A DNA stretch of 63,983 nucleotides from Phoronis australis (lineage: Eukaryota > Animalia > Phoronida), in contig NMRA01000241.1 in NCBI GenBank assembly GCA_002633005.1, positions 357,974 through 421,956 of the forward strand, in the 5' to 3' direction. The notes under the pieces are model-generated. The model had not been told where the DNA came from. It searched no databases and saw nothing but the letters and a program-made list of their open reading frames with translations. Positions 11,546 to 26,250 of the stretch are shown piece by piece. Every line of letters starts with the position of its first letter. Within the stretch, counting starts at the first letter, position 1. A program made the translations under genes and the position numbers.

Positions 11546-14500
11546 TCCACAACAAATAATTTAATCAAGGCATAATTTACATCCGGGCATATACTTTAGG
11601 TTTGTATGTAAAATCTTGGAATCACTGCACTGTGTCAAAAGTCCAACTCCCAAGTTGTTACTCCATAATTTAAACTCTAGACTAGATAACTTTATATCAT
11701 TATTAGTCAAGAGCAAGTCAGCATAGTCGATAATAGCATTAACTCAACAAGTAAAATCTAATTAAATGACGAATACAGGGAGTAGTTATCGTGTAACTAA
11801 TGTAAATCTTGTTATACAAAGTCAGATAGTGACGCGAGTTATTTAGGGCTCCAGCAACGCACAGTTAACTGCACAACTTGTAGAGCAATAGTGCCAAAAC
11901 AAAGTGAGTTGCTAACATTAAGGTGGAAAGATAACATAGTACACGGATACGATAACTGTGTATTGCAACGTTCCGCACGTCATTTTGACATCCACTGGAG
12001 GATTGTTTAGCATGACGTCATTTTGTCGTCATTATGACGTCGTTTTGACCCAGTGTAAAGGCAAGTCTATTCTTATTTCCGGGTCCAAATTGCGTCATCT
12101 ACTACCGTGCACGTCATCACTAATCATCCGAAGAATACACAAGGTGCAATGTACGGTGAAGACAAATTAAGAACAAAGTTAATGGAATATTCTGTTATTG
12201 GGGTATAGTTGCATATGGTTAAGCCAACTATCTTCTGTAGATTGTCTTTGTTAGAACTTCCTGAAGACTCTACTTTTTGCAACATTGTCAAGCGAAACAC
12301 TCACCGCTGCTTTATTTTCGAAATCGGATTTTCCATGGCTAATCCAGTTTACTGAAAACACCAAAGATGCGGAGATTCAATTTAACTGTCATTAAAATTA
12401 ATTGAATTATAATACTTACTGCACTGCATTATGGAAGCCAGATTTCTCTATTGAATAATGGGCGTAAAACTATTTTTCTGACACTTGCCTGAATGCAACC
12501 ACTGACCACAATAACAATCTTTTCAATGAAAAAATAATCTGACTGGAAACAGAGAAGAAAAAAATAAAAATAGTAAATTAAGAATATTCTGGAGGTGTTG
12601 GCAATGGGTTTTTAAAATATGAAATAAAAAACTTCAAATGCGTCGAATTTAAAGGCATTATATGCGACGATGTCGATCAGCAATACATAATTATATTTGT
12701 CTCTCCTTTGCGTACATATGCATGATACCGCACTTGAAGAAGCTAAGGCGTGATGAAAGATACTGGCGCTGAAACTCTGTAAAAACACGTTTATGATGAA
12801 GGAGCATTAAATGCGATCATCTTTTATATCTGTTTAATTAACAGTAACTAACTCCACGTTAAGCCCTTTCGCAACGGCGCCAAAGACAGCTTTCATTATA
12901 TAATTACTGTTCCATATATACGTACCCTGTGAAAATTTTAAAAGAGAGCTCCGAGCTATTCCAAAGGAAAATAGAAGACTGCATGTCAACTACGACCGTA
13001 GTGATCACGCAAGGGCAAGTCATAGTCGAGCAACTGACACCGGGATGGGTAATTGATGACCTACAAGAACACTTGTCACGGCAAATGACTGAGTAAGGCC
13101 AAGGTAGAGGAGGCGAAACTGGAATGTTGCTAACCTCGACGATCGAGCAGTTTCTTTGTGTAAATATTAGTAACATTGTTTTTATTCGGTAAACTTAGGC
13201 TTACTAATTCAGTACAAAACTTTGACAAGTTAGACATTCGATTGAACATGTCCAACTGAAGTTATACCACAATGTCCGCAAAATCATCCGACTAAAATGC
13301 ATGGTTTCGCAAGCATCTTTAAAAGTTCATTAGCGTATCCTAGCAAAATGACAGACATTGAAGTAATAGGCCAGTGAAGTTGGACTGTTGAATATGGGAT
13401 AGAATTCACTTTTTTCTGCCATTAGGCCTATGGAAAGATTTTTCGGCTCTGTGCTTTACGAGTGCCTTGTTTCTACGGGACGAAGCCTGGGATTGCGTTC
13501 CACAGAGTAAGATTCTTGAGAGGAAAATTAGAACACGCAAGTCTTCGCGAGATACGGGGAGGATGTAAAACGGATACAGGTGTGCCTCTATGAGGTCAAA
13601 AACTTGAGTAAATCATTTCAATTCTTATGAATTGTAAAAAGCCATCCAAATAAATACCAAACCTGGCGAAATATACACCCATTTCGATAGTACCTGACTG
13701 AAAAAGTGACCCGGCGTTTCAAAATCATAATCGGCAAAAAACATAACAATTTGGACACTAAAGTCGGAAAAAATCTTTCCCATTCCAGTGGCACATATGC
13801 ACTGACCCGTGCCATGGCCCTAACCGTTTTAGACCCCATGGGTGAGAGATATTGCAATGAAAGCGAAACACGTGATCACGTTAGTTAGTTAGCGTTGGGC
13901 TTGCGTCCATGTAACACTCCCTGAGCCTGGTGATTACGCAATTATGCACCAGCATGAATACTATTCCGAAAGTTCGGCAAATATACCGCTCAGTCTGAGA
14001 ATAGCTCTATTAGAGATTCGTCTTACCTGGACTCCATTGCAAAAGATTTTGTTGGCGTTCTTATGTACACTGGGTATTTGCCGTAGTTACTATTCATACA
14101 TCGTTGGACTTTTAGGGCCTGTCCGCTCCCTTTCATGCAGAAAAGAAGAAAAATGACATCGACATGCCGTTTTTAGAACGTTTTTTTACTGGAAATGGTG
14201 TTAGGCCCCGGCACGGTAATCCTAGATCTATCTGCGTATACATTAGTCAGTAGGAACGATATCGCTTAGCAGTAGGTCTTGCTGACAACTATTTTCAGGC
14301 AAAAACGAGCTCTCGGAGCAATGGTGGTTGAAAAGGCTTCAAGGCACTTCAGGTTCACAGTTTAGGTGACCCGCAACAGTTTTTGCTGTTTTGAGGCTCA
14401 AAATTCAGGTGTAGGCATCTCCAAATCTCTGTTCATGGGGTATTTAAAACTTGACAATATGGATGGTATGTTCAGCTGCAGGTTTCAAAAACCTTGTACA

Positions 14501-16769
14501 AAGTCCGATGAAACTGATTCCAAAGTGGGATTTTTTTGTTTTCTGCGACTACTGCAGGTGTAACAGGCTACTTAAAACGAGCAAAAATTGCACCAAATAA
14601 GTAGTTTGCACCCCAAAGAACCCTGTTTGCGTGTCATTACTCTGAACTGGGACGGAGTGCATTAAGACTGTGAAACTTTCACCTGATTTCTTTAATCCGG
14701 GATTAAAGAAATCAGGTGAAATTCTCTTGGGTGTCGATCAGCCAGATATTTTACAAATCCAAAACGTCTAAAACCAAGTACCTGAATTTCCTTCTAAATT
14801 TCAATTTCCCGCGTGCACGTAGTAAATGTTTAAGAAAAGCCACAAATGAACAAAAAGTGGCTCAACTAGAATCCTTTCAATCAGTGCACTGGCAGACCCA
14901 AATGGCGTTGCATAAGCTTTGGCATGTCGCTTTCTCATGAGGCGAAACTTCGCTTTTGCCGAAGTTTCGGTAAATGGCAAAACTCAACCCCGGTAGTTAA
15001 TTTACAAATGGAAATAGTAGGAATTAAAAGCGAAGCTTCGGTATTCACCGAAGCCTCAGTGTAGTGGCAACTTTCAAAGCGAAGCTTCGTCGAAGTTATC
15101 GGTAGAGGTCGCGTTAACGATATCACGTGAGACTCGCAAAACGTGGTCTTCATTATTGTAGCGTAGCCGACTAGCTCTCAATGGACGGACGTAAATAAAT
15201 AAAAGAAAGCATATCTGATGAAGAATAACAGTGATCAGTTTCATAAACACTCGTAAATGGTAGAAGAACAATTTTCAGTTACCCTCGAACCCTCTACTGA
15301 ATTTTCGTTTGAGAGTACGAATGAACTGCATCGACTGATATTGCCTTTACACCTTTTGCGTATTCGAATTTTATGCAAGTGGCAATTTTCGTTTAAAGCT
15401 TTCTATTTCACTTGCAGTAGCAGTTTCCAAGTCTTATTTCTGCAGTGTAGAGAACTGCAAACTTATCGTACGATTAGCATTTATTTAGATGTCCTTTTTC
15501 CAGGAATTCTACAGCAGATTTTCTACTTTCTCGTTTTATCAAGGGCAAGACTTCGAACTGTTAACTACGATTTACCAATTAGCTTTTCAATCAATATTGT
15601 TGATACGATGACAGTAACCTAGTCGATGTTATCGGCGAAGTTCCGTGTTTGCATTAATAAGTTAATCTGCGAAGAAATAATGTCTTTATTTGATGATTTG
15701 CGTCATGCCAAAACAACAGAATCGCATGGTAACGCAAGTAACTTCAATCTGTTTTTAAACAAAAAAACAACGACTATTAATTAACAGCTTACGGATTTGC
15801 GGCAAGCATCTCATGTTTTCTTATTTCTTAATCTGAAGCTAATACACGGCGCTCGTTTACTGGAGAAGACTTGATCTGTTGATACTCAATAGGCTAGTTG
15901 GCAGGTGTGCATCACCGGCGTCCATTCGTTATCAAACGTGCGCGTTTTTAGTTAGTTAATTCTAATTATTTATACCGTATTTCTTAACCATCTTTTCTTA
16001 TTAGTGTTGAAGCACACTGAATTAACGCCGTAGTCTTTGAGTATCTTTATTTCAGCCATGAATACCTGTTTGATCTATTAAATTATCTAGTGCGTGTGCT
16101 CCTCGGGTTGAAACATCTCAATTTTCAGTTTCTAGAATTTTTGTGTCAGCTTATCTTAACGTATTTCCTTCCTCGTGGCATTTTAATTTTTATTTCATTA
16201 ACGTTCCGGTTTGACTTGGTGCTATAAAAATGAGACAGAAATTTATAAAGGGGAGTCTTTTAAAGTGAGTCATAAAAGTACGCATCAAATGTTTGAAGTC
16301 AAAGCGTAGTCGCGATTAAAAGCGGCTTGTTACGTCGTAAATTCCTGGTGCTTCACTTGCATCTGTGAAAACTGTTCCGTATTAAATTTTTAATCACTAG
16401 GTTTCCATAATATTATTCGAAAGCGGAAGACAACGCACACTCATTTTCACGTATTTGTCTGTAGGCAGAACTGAAATTAGTTTACACCGAACTCGATAGC
16501 TGGCTCTGTGTGTCTACTACATAAAAGCTGCACGAAGCCCAACGCGGTATTTTAAAAAAAACTTTGTATTGATATTATTGTACCACTAATCCAAAATACT
16601 GCCAAAACATGAGCTCATTTATAATACCGAATTTACTGTCTGTGAGTCAAAAGTTCGCAGTTCATCTCTTGAAATTTATTACAAATAAGCTGCTATGGTT
16701 TAGCTAAAAGAACCGCAACGAATTTTGAATTGTTGGAAAATGGAAAAGGAATTCTGTTTATACTAATTA

Positions 16770-17375
16770 TCATCATAACCATTGTTGTCGTCGTCTTCAT
16801 CATAGCTATCGTCATCTTAACTTTATCACGAGGCATTACCAGCACCATCATCATAGACTCATAGTCGTGATCATCATCATCGTCATCACCACCACTTCTG
16901 TCACCACCATTATCACCGTCTTCGTCATCATCATCACCACCATCACTATCCTTACCGCCGCTACTGCCATGCCATCATCCCCACCACCAATCGTCATCAT
17001 CACCATCATACCATCTTCACCACCGCCACCATAACAATCATCATCATCATCATCACCACCACTTCATCATCATCATAATCATCATAATCATCATAATCAT
17101 CATAATCATCATCATCATCATCATCATCATTGTCATCATCACCATCACCACCATCATCATCATTGTCACCATCATCACCTTGATCACCGTCATCACATCA
17201 TCATCATCATCACCACCACTATCATCATCATCATCATTATCATCATTGTCACCATCATCACCTTGATCACCGTCATCACATCATCATCATCATCACCACC
17301 ACTATCATCACCATCATCATTATCATCATTGTCATCATCATCATCATCAGTATTCTTCATCATCATCGTCGTCAC
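16770..17375. repeat. (ATC/ACC)n degenerate trinucleotide tract
   Basis: Long catcatcac runs with internal higher-order duplication. Confidence 0.97.
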
Positions 17376-17836
17376 CAATACACACCCCTGCAAGTCGCTT
17401 TCTCAGTATTTCTATCCTGGATCTCATTCATCAGCTACCGAACATATATCCATAACTAAGACCTAACTCAGAGGAGCTTGTTCATATGGACCACCCTTAG
17501 TATCTCTTAGTGACGACTCAGTTGGATGCGTTCGCGATTCAGTTTTAAAGTTTGGATGTATCATGTTCACGCCCATGACCAACAAGGGACCAGTTTACAC
17601 GTACACTATCATAATTTTTAACATTATTACTTGCAGCTGAGGGCAGGCGGGCGAGAAATATCGCGGCATGACTGGTTATGAAACAAATATACAATTATTG
17701 ACTTACACCGGTGCCAACATGTTGGTTTTTAGTCCCAAGAGATGTGACAACACATTTTGAGGTCTGAAAACCAAGATATTGAATGAGCGTGAAAGCGAAA
17801 TTTTCATCATATGATTACATTCGCTAAGTAATTTAT

Positions 17837-18145
17837 GGAAGGAGGCTATTCTAGGTTTGGTCTTTTGATCGTATGTCGATCATTTTTCGGTCAGTCAGCT
17901 GTCATTTTTTACCCACAATGTTATGGAGACATTTTGAAAAAATATCCAGACGCTCAGAATGGACAAATGAACAACTGATTATTTTTTGGACAGATGTATT
18001 TTTGAAGTCACACAATGGTCGTTTTTAATGCAAAATAACCGACAAACGTAATTTAGTTATATCAAGCCATCCCGAGCGGCGAGTCAGAACACTCAGAGTG
18101 CAAACATTTAAGAACGCGCAAATGACGTGCTGAAAATCGGTGAAA
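17837..18145 (+). repeat. dispersed repeat family B, copy 2
   Basis: Diverged copy of 4224-4505. Confidence 0.8.
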
Positions 18146-18295
18146 ATTTCAGCTTTTGTACAAAAGCGTGATGGTGGTATCTGCGATGCCTTGATGCAGG
18201 CTTGCATTCACCTGGAGACATTCACCTCACAAATAACGTGAGATTCCGGATAAAATAAAAGGCTTTAAGAAACTGTTGAGTCTGGTGACATGCTG

Positions 18296-18355
18296 ATAGC
18301 TTAGTGGCAAAGTCTAGACTTGCAAAATGAGAGAGATGAGTTCGTCTCTGGATGA
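18296..18355 (+). mobile_element. degenerate tRNA-SINE head
   Basis: A-box-like tagcttagtgg and B-box-like gagttcgtctc at tRNA-like spacing. Confidence 0.3.
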
Positions 18356-19227
18356 AGTAATTGCAACCTCAAGACTAAATATTAGCCGTGAATATTATCG
18401 ACTCCGTGATACTAGTTTGTAACACGATAATCTGTGAAAATGTTATAATTGGTGGTATCTGGTCCGTTACAAGTGGCAGATATGATTGGTTCCGTCAACT
18501 GACTGTTAGCACCTGAATGTCGATTTTGTTCTTTTGCAAGCACAAGAACGTTCATCCGAACTCCCCCACTGAGTCATCTAAAAACGTCCAAACGATTCGT
18601 CACAAGGTGACGTTAAGGGAGTTACATTTGTTCATACGATGATGCGCCCGAGCAGTATCGTTTGAACATGCGCGTTTCGCACATCCTTGCCCACAGCCCA
18701 CGGTGGGAGATTCATGTCAGGATATCCTTTCAAATGATCGCACTTTCTCGCACATGTTGGTTGATTATAACTTATCGAATGATGATGACCAGTGATTTGC
18801 TAACCGCGTACGTTTAGATCATTCAATCTATCATCATTGCACCATCATAAAACTGTATGCAAGCGTTTGTTCTACTAGCATACTTTTCCCCGTGGAGTGT
18901 TTGTCAATGCGTGTTTCTGCATGAAACGTTCGACTCATCCGACTTGACGCTTCACACTACCTGTCATAGGCAAGAAATCGCTAATTCAGCGCAGTCGCAT
19001 TTTTTCTTTAAGAAGGCTAAACCTGTGGCTTACTGAATAACACTGCCGCACAAGATGGGGGATGCTCGGAACTCGGTAAGATTACATTTTATAAAGAATA
19101 TTTGACAACGTAGCTTTGAAAGATCTTATACTAAACGATTTAAACCTGCATTTGGCTACCAGGATTTAGATGTCACTTGGCAGTTACGTGGAACATGGAA
19201 TTGTTCTAACTTCCACCAACGATTTTC

Positions 19228-19290
19228 ATGACAATGATAACGATGATGACGACGATGATGATGATGACAATGATGATGACAATGTTGACG
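19228..19290. repeat. (GAT/GAC)n microsatellite
   Basis: Directly visible. Confidence 0.9.
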
Positions 19291-19825
19291 TTTGTAAAGT
19301 GCATTAAAATATTCACTACAAAATTATGAGTTTTACGCTGTTGGGGACACGAACTATTATTTTAAACTGACCTTAGTCGGCGAGATGCCCTGTGCAAAGT
19401 TATTTATAAAGAACCGTTTTTGGATAAGAACGAGACTGTCGTTTTATACTCAGTTGTTATCCTCAGGAACGTTGCCTTCAATGTATAACATTGCACTTCT
19501 TACCAGAAGTTGTGAATGGTGTTAAAATCTCTGTTGTAATTGCAACATGGCCGTGGCAATTCTACAATTACCATAGAACAGTCTGGTTCACTGTCTGCGA
19601 TATACAGCATTGGCGGTGTGGATTTCACAGGCAGGCCTTGAAGTTTCTCCTGATTGGGCTTTTTTGTTATTTGATGATGAGTTAATTTAGGAGGTGCACG
19701 GTCTTCTGTTTCTCTCCAAGTTCGCCATTTTGTTTCAGAATTAGCTCTAGAACCTAAATTGATTACAAACGTTCCTAAGCAAAGCAAAGTCGATAAAATA
19801 AACGAAGTGAATTAGACTTGTAAAA

Positions 19826-19870
19826 TGTGTATTTGTATGTATGTGTGCGTATGTGCGCGTGTGTGCGTGT

Positions 19871-19955
<85 letters not shown>
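19826..19955. repeat. (GT)n microsatellite
   Basis: Directly visible. Confidence 0.98.
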
Positions 19956-19958
<3 letters not shown>

Positions 19959-21078
19959 CGTTGTACTGATGTTGTTTTAATGAGAGATTTTTATTGATCC
20001 CACTATAGCAATTAAATTCCCAGCTCTTATAATCAGTAACACAAAACCTTCTTAAACACGTGTTAAAGCACATCGATAAGACATAGCCTACTAATCACAG
20101 AAAATGCTTTTTGTTTTGTCCATAGAATGTAGTGTCAGTTGTGATACATGCTATTATTTAGACGTACGCCTCACTCCGGAATTATCGTTTGCGTAGTTGG
20201 GTGTTGTTTTGTACCTGGGGTCTCACGCTACCGGGAATTTTTGACGACAAAAGATGGAGGCTTTTTACACATGGATCTGATTTATCAACGAAAATTCTAG
20301 AGTCATCAAGGAAGTCCAAGGCGTTACAATATGTAAACGGGTACATTTAGAAAGCTTAAATTTCATACTGCATTGAACATTGTACAGATGATTCACTCAG
20401 CGTAAATATAATTAATTTTACAGCTGTGATGTATAGTTGCATTCTCGCAAGAATGCATTCAGAAATTTCCGAGCCGAATGTCAAGGCAAGCATATTATTA
20501 TATTTTACATTTATACCAAGAAATCTTCCGATCTTCTTTCAATCACACGTTTCTCAAGCGATTTAACAGACATCGGTCTAGGTAACGATGAGGTGGTTTT
20601 AATTAATATTAGGAATACTATAATTAACGCCATATATGTTTTTATAAAAAATCTGACTAAAAACTGCAAATCCTTTTGTTTAAAACAAAATCAAAACCAG
20701 GCCTCACAATCGGTCTGGAGATGTCTTTACTGTGGCATGATTTCATTTCCGTTGTCATGACGTACATCTAGGGTATTCACGAATCAAAAACGCTTCTGAT
20801 CGTGTAGGACCGACCAACCCTTTCATAAACCGATTGCTTCAGATCGCACGTTATTTTTCGACTGAGTGATGAAACCAATGCTATCATGGTAGAGTCCAGT
20901 TTCAAAGACTCAATTAGCATATTTGTTGATTTTGTCTTTAAGCAATATGAGCTAGTAAGCAGAATGGACTTGAAACTTTGAGTGAATTGGGTGTAGTACT
21001 TTCACTTTGAACCTAAATACTGAAACAGATATATCCACATACACACGCACACACGCGCGCACGCATGCACCCGCGCAG

Positions 21079-21362
21079 ATACATACATTCATTCATACAT
21101 ACATACATACATACATACATACATTCATACATACATTCATACATACATTCATACATACATACATACATACATACATTCATACATACATACATACATACAT
21201 ACATACATACATACATTCATACATACATTCATACATACATACATACATACATTCATACATACATTCATACATACATACATACATACATACATACATACAT
21301 ACATACATTCATACATACATTCATACATACATTCATACATACATACATACATACATACATAC
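21079..21362. repeat. (ATAC/ATTC)n tetranucleotide microsatellite
   Basis: Directly visible. Confidence 0.98.
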
Positions 21363-23585
21363 GTAAATCAACACCATATATGGTTCACATACACACATGC
21401 ACACCCGTACGAGCATTGCAATGTTTGCTCGAAGCCATCGATTGAATATTGGTCTTTGACTTCTGCAAACGTGGATGAAAATTCATACTTTATTAGCCCA
21501 TGCTCTGAGACGAATTAAGTCATTGTTCTCTTTGAATCTACATGTAAAATATTGTGACGAAGCTGTTTTTCTTACTTCAAAGTAGATGGGTGTTTTGACA
21601 CGACCTTAGTCTATTTATTGATGATTTCTTCTAGTCTTTTAAGTGTTAGGCGTGTTTCAATAGACACTGTAAACAGGTCTAGGTTTCAGAAATCACGATA
21701 TACCTTTAGATTATAATAAATTCTACATGATGCTAATGGAAATCGATTAGTGTTATAACGCTAGATTGTGGTAAACGTGTTTAATGATTGGGCTTTTAAT
21801 GTCTATTCTTTTGTTTTCTGCTAGTATGCATTCGAATGAAACAAACCATATTTAAACTATATTAGTTACACTTGGCTTCCCTGCGGCAAACTGAAGGGGA
21901 ATCATCACTTATGCTCTGTTCGTTTTTTATGTAAACTTCATGTTCATTTCACCTTCTCAACTAGGTGTTTCGGAAGAATATTTAAAAGGCTGTGCGCGTT
22001 TTACCAGAACAAAAACCTGTCACTTCAAAACCAAGAACGAGTTGGTTGAATATGCCAAAATACTGCCTGTGTGCACTATTACGGAGACAGCACAACCTCG
22101 GAAAACCTGAACTGTTAATTCGCCCTGTTTTATAACCTGAATTATTTCTTGTGTCAATCCCAAAATCAAAATATCGGCATCGAAGAGGGAGCCCATTTTG
22201 ATTTGAATTTTTAACAGCGCGTTTGGTTAAGAACCGGTACCCCAATCTCGAGCAGCCTTCAGTCGTTACCGGGTTTGCGTTCCGTACACGGAAGATTCTC
22301 GCTAAAAAGCAAGATGACTTATAGGCTGTAAGACCAAGAGAGCCAAAGGCGAGTGTTACGCAATTATGGTGAAGGAGAGCCATCCAGAACACCTCAGCAT
22401 TTTCATAGCATCAAATTTACCCTCTGTTTATAGCTCACCTTTTCGGAGCTCAGGTAGTAAAATTAGTGGAGAAAACGGTTTCTCTGGAGTACAGAAGGGA
22501 ATTAAAGTTTTGCGTTGTTTAAAAAAACATTGCCAATTTTGTGAAGTCATTTCATACTTCATCAAAATATTATTTCTCCATTTTTACTTGAAAAAGTTGA
22601 ATTTTCTGAATTCTTGATTTTAAAGACGTCACACAATTGTTTATAATCATAGCAGTGTTTACCCTGGGTTTCGGAAGGAGCGTGGTCGTGAATGGTCCCA
22701 GTGGGATACAAAGCCCGTTGCCGCTCTCGAGTATGGGAAGTGGTATCCCCTCATTGCGTGAGTTTCGGAAGGAGCGTGGTGGTGAATGATCGCAACAGAT
22801 GCGGAGCCTGGCGCGGCAATGAAGTGCCAGTGTGTGACCTCAGTGTATGAAGGGTTTTGTACCATTCTAACGTATTTCAATCACCAACTAAAGTACGAAA
22901 AAAATATTATAAACCTGTTTAGATCTGATTAACTAACTTGCACAATGAAGCTTCCGTTAAAATTTTTTACTGTATTCTTGTTCAACGTAAATCAGTTGGA
23001 TCGGCGTTAGCCGGCAATGCAGACGATTTATTCATCCATTCTATGTAGACGACTATTGAGATAATTAGACTGGTCTATGGTTCATTAAACTTTCATGCAA
23101 TATAATTCACATTGTTGTACGACCTCTTTTGTAAAGGTGCAACTAGGAACCAATATTTGATCCTAGGGTGAACGCAAAACGAATAAAATTTACCCTTTCT
23201 CCACCGATTTCATCAGTATTTATTCGCGCTTCGCCACTAACTTATCTCAAGGTCGTTACCTGGTCCACCGACTGTGCATTGTCAGATTTGTCATGAATTC
23301 TCATGAAGTTCTTTAAGTGCCAATTTAATCAGTTTTTTATGACATACAACTATCCCACCAAAACAATTTATGTTATATAACTACTCCGGACATCCTTGCG
23401 TTGTTGTTTACTATGCCAATGACCAGTGCCCACTCATAGTGAAACCCTATATGCCAGTTAGCTGTCCTGACGCCATTCATATTTATAACTTGGATGAAGT
23501 CACCGGATCTTTCAATATTGCTGTTGTTTTGCACTCACAACCCATCCATATTTCTATCCACTATATATCTTGCAGTTAGAGTTAA

Positions 23586-23744
23586 CAGTGGCGGATTTAG
23601 AGGGAGGCCAAGAGGGCCATGACCCTCCCTAAAACGTTCTCCCAGATTCCATTTGGAAGTTGGGATGTGCGAATGTCTGACGGGCAAAATCCTGGCTAAT
23701 ACTCTGCCCTGGCCCTCCAACTCAAAATCCTGGATCCGCCCCTG
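23586..23744. mobile_element. 159-bp hAT-like MITE
   Basis: TIRs CAGTGGCGGATTTAG / CTGGATCCGCCCCTG; flanks gttaa / ggtaa. Confidence 0.75.
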
Positions 23745-24282
23745 GGTAATAAACTTTGTGTGTCCGTAGAAACTCAACGACTGTTTTATGCTGCTATCCA
23801 TCAACTTGCTGCTCAGTGCTACCTTGCTAGCCAACTATCTGCCGTTCAACCAAGAACCGGGTAACCCAACTTCACCTACCATGGACTATCCCACAAGATT
23901 TGTCAAAACGCCCAAAACGCTAATTCTAAAACTGTTGGAATGAATTAATGGATTGTTCTATGATATACAACCTTTTAAGGTGGTCTTCATTACGTGCAAA
24001 ACAGCCGCTACGTGGCGCGGTGGCGCGAATTGTCTTTGACATTCGTCAAATGATGATTTGCTTAAGTTGTCCACCACCTGACGACTATCCAGGTCTATAG
24101 TTTAACTACAACAAGTCCTCAAATGCCGTAAGTGGCACTTCTGAAAATACCACAATTAATTAAGAGTTTCAACATATGTAGACTAGAAGATTGCATCTGA
24201 TCATTATCAATTTCAACTTTGTATTCTAGGGAAGGCTGTTGAGAATAATTCAAGAAATAGTGGATTTTTTTCGTTGTGACCG

Positions 24283-24960
24283 TTTATTTTGTATCCAAAA
24301 CAAGAAATATACATTTCTATTTCCCCGCAATCAAACACAGGCGTACACATTATTCTCACTTTGAGTCTCCAGCCGGTGATTACGTAAAGAAGAAACTAAC
24401 CATATTTAGTTGAAATTCGGCATCTTTCCCATTTTGGTGGTAATTATCTTTTCTATCTTATCGTACATTTCCAATTCTTTATTTTAAAAACTGGAAGGAC
24501 GTTCGCATTTTAGTTTTCTATAATAAATGTGCTTTTTAGCCAATAAAATAATTAAGTTGAAGATTTCATTAGAAATTCCAATTTTGCCAAAAATTGTTGT
24601 GCAGGTACTCAGCGAGAAATCAGTGATTCTTGTGTTAAGACAGAAATTTACAATTGGACAAAGCCAAAAAAGATGTTGAATGCTTTCAGGTTCCTTTTTA
24701 CCGAAGGTACATGTACCTGACTGAGAAATGCCCATACGTCTTATGGACACGTTCGTGTTAAAATCCTACAGACGATTTTGATTTGTAGTCACCTGAGGCG
24801 TAATTATATTATTTGTAAAAAATCAAGAGTTTTGATAAATTACTTGCCACTCAGTCATCGGTACAGTGATCTAGATTAGCCTCACACTTATCTAATGCTT
24901 TTGGTATTTGAATTAACAAATACATCATTCATATTTCTAGTTCACTTCGAATTTAATTAA
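24283..24960 (-). mobile_element. decayed 3' fragment of an L1/Tx1-type LINE (ORF2 C-terminal CCHC zinc-binding region)
   Basis: ORF 24484-24750: CTF-KKEPESIQHLFWLCP...IFNLIILLAKKHIY matches the CX2C..E...HLF..C / N.IILLAK..IY pattern of LINE ORF2 ends; AATAAA on the minus strand near 24283-24288. Boundaries approximate. Confidence 0.78.
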
Positions 24961-26250
24961 GAATCCACCAAAAGGAAGGAATGACCGGTGACGTAGTGTT
25001 TTTATTTACATAGAAATTCTTACAAAATTATGCTTAGTGCAATTTCCAAGACCACATCGAGTAGTTTAATAGCGTCATCCCGTAAACAAGTCTTCTAAGC
25101 TTAAAAAACAAAAGTTGCATCGTTGCCTAGCTGCTGGTGCTTTTGCTACGGAAAAGAAATAAAGACTGACTGCATTCACAACTTATCCTAATTTTCATAA
25201 ACTTTATGTCTTTATTAGACTACGAGTCTTGATACGACTTTAATTGGGGAATTAAGCTTGACTTAATGTGTAAAAACAGTAACCATTCAAGTGTTGTAAC
25301 CACTACCACTAGACAGAGCTGATTGGCGGAGGTCTATTCCCACGTAAATTACTGTGGGGATTCCAGCGATTTCAGGACGAGGCCAGAGCTCAACTCTGAT
25401 CTAATAAAACTCATTTTCCCGGCTTGTAAACGCGTCACTGTTCATTAATATTAACTGTACTCTGTGCTTTAGTTTATAACTGGAATCACTACATTAAAGT
25501 CCAAGGATTAGACAGGCACGCGTGCCTTGTACATGTCTCCATTACGACATAGATTTTAGGCATCTAAGCTGCAGTGTGTGACTTAAAAAGTCGCACATGA
25601 CAAGGCCAAGTGAAAAAGAATAACTCGGTTTGCGACGGAGAAACTTAAAAAGGTTACTAAACCCTGTTTTGACAATTACAACCAATCCTCGTTTTGTTAC
25701 TTGCTAATGTATCATTGGCATCAAACTTGAATGGTAAAAGCAGGATTCAACTAAAAACTCAAAAAACTCATTCTCTGTGTGTCACAGAATGGTTCTTGAT
25801 GAGTGGTCTTTCCAAGTCTTTTGTCGTTTAACTCGTCTAAAGCGTAGGTTACGTTTGCCCGTTTTGCATACTTTGAAGGTGATTTCAAATTCTGCTCCAA
25901 ACGTTTGAGGGTTGTCGAAATTTACTGTACATTATTTTGTTTCAGAGAACTGGATGGAAAGTCGTTTTATATATCTGTTAATAGGCCAAAACCGGGTTTG
26001 GTATTCTTTTTAACGCAGAATTAGCGAGCTTCACTCGGCCCACAGTAACGATGTAAAATAAGGAGGTTACCTTGTTGTTTCGCACCTTTTGCCAATCTTT
26101 GAAGATAGCTAGCCGTGAACATGGCTTTGATTTTGCTGGTACTCAATTCCAATAAAAACATGAGAAAGAGCCTGTTAACCTACAGTGTACACTTACCTGG
26201 TAGCATTGTAACAATTAATGCGTTAATGTTTTTCCTTGGAAATTAGCAGT

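Noticed and set aside
9895-11564. TTKTL / VLVVS / SSQCL repeat ORFs
   Set aside because: Translations of the 15-bp minisatellite.
14917-15712. Possible TIR element with gaagcttcg subrepeats
   Set aside because: Only a 13-bp imperfect inverted match and no TSD, so the boundaries cannot be supported.
17193-21445. Poly-D/S, HT-repeat and YIHT-repeat ORFs
   Set aside because: Microsatellite translations.
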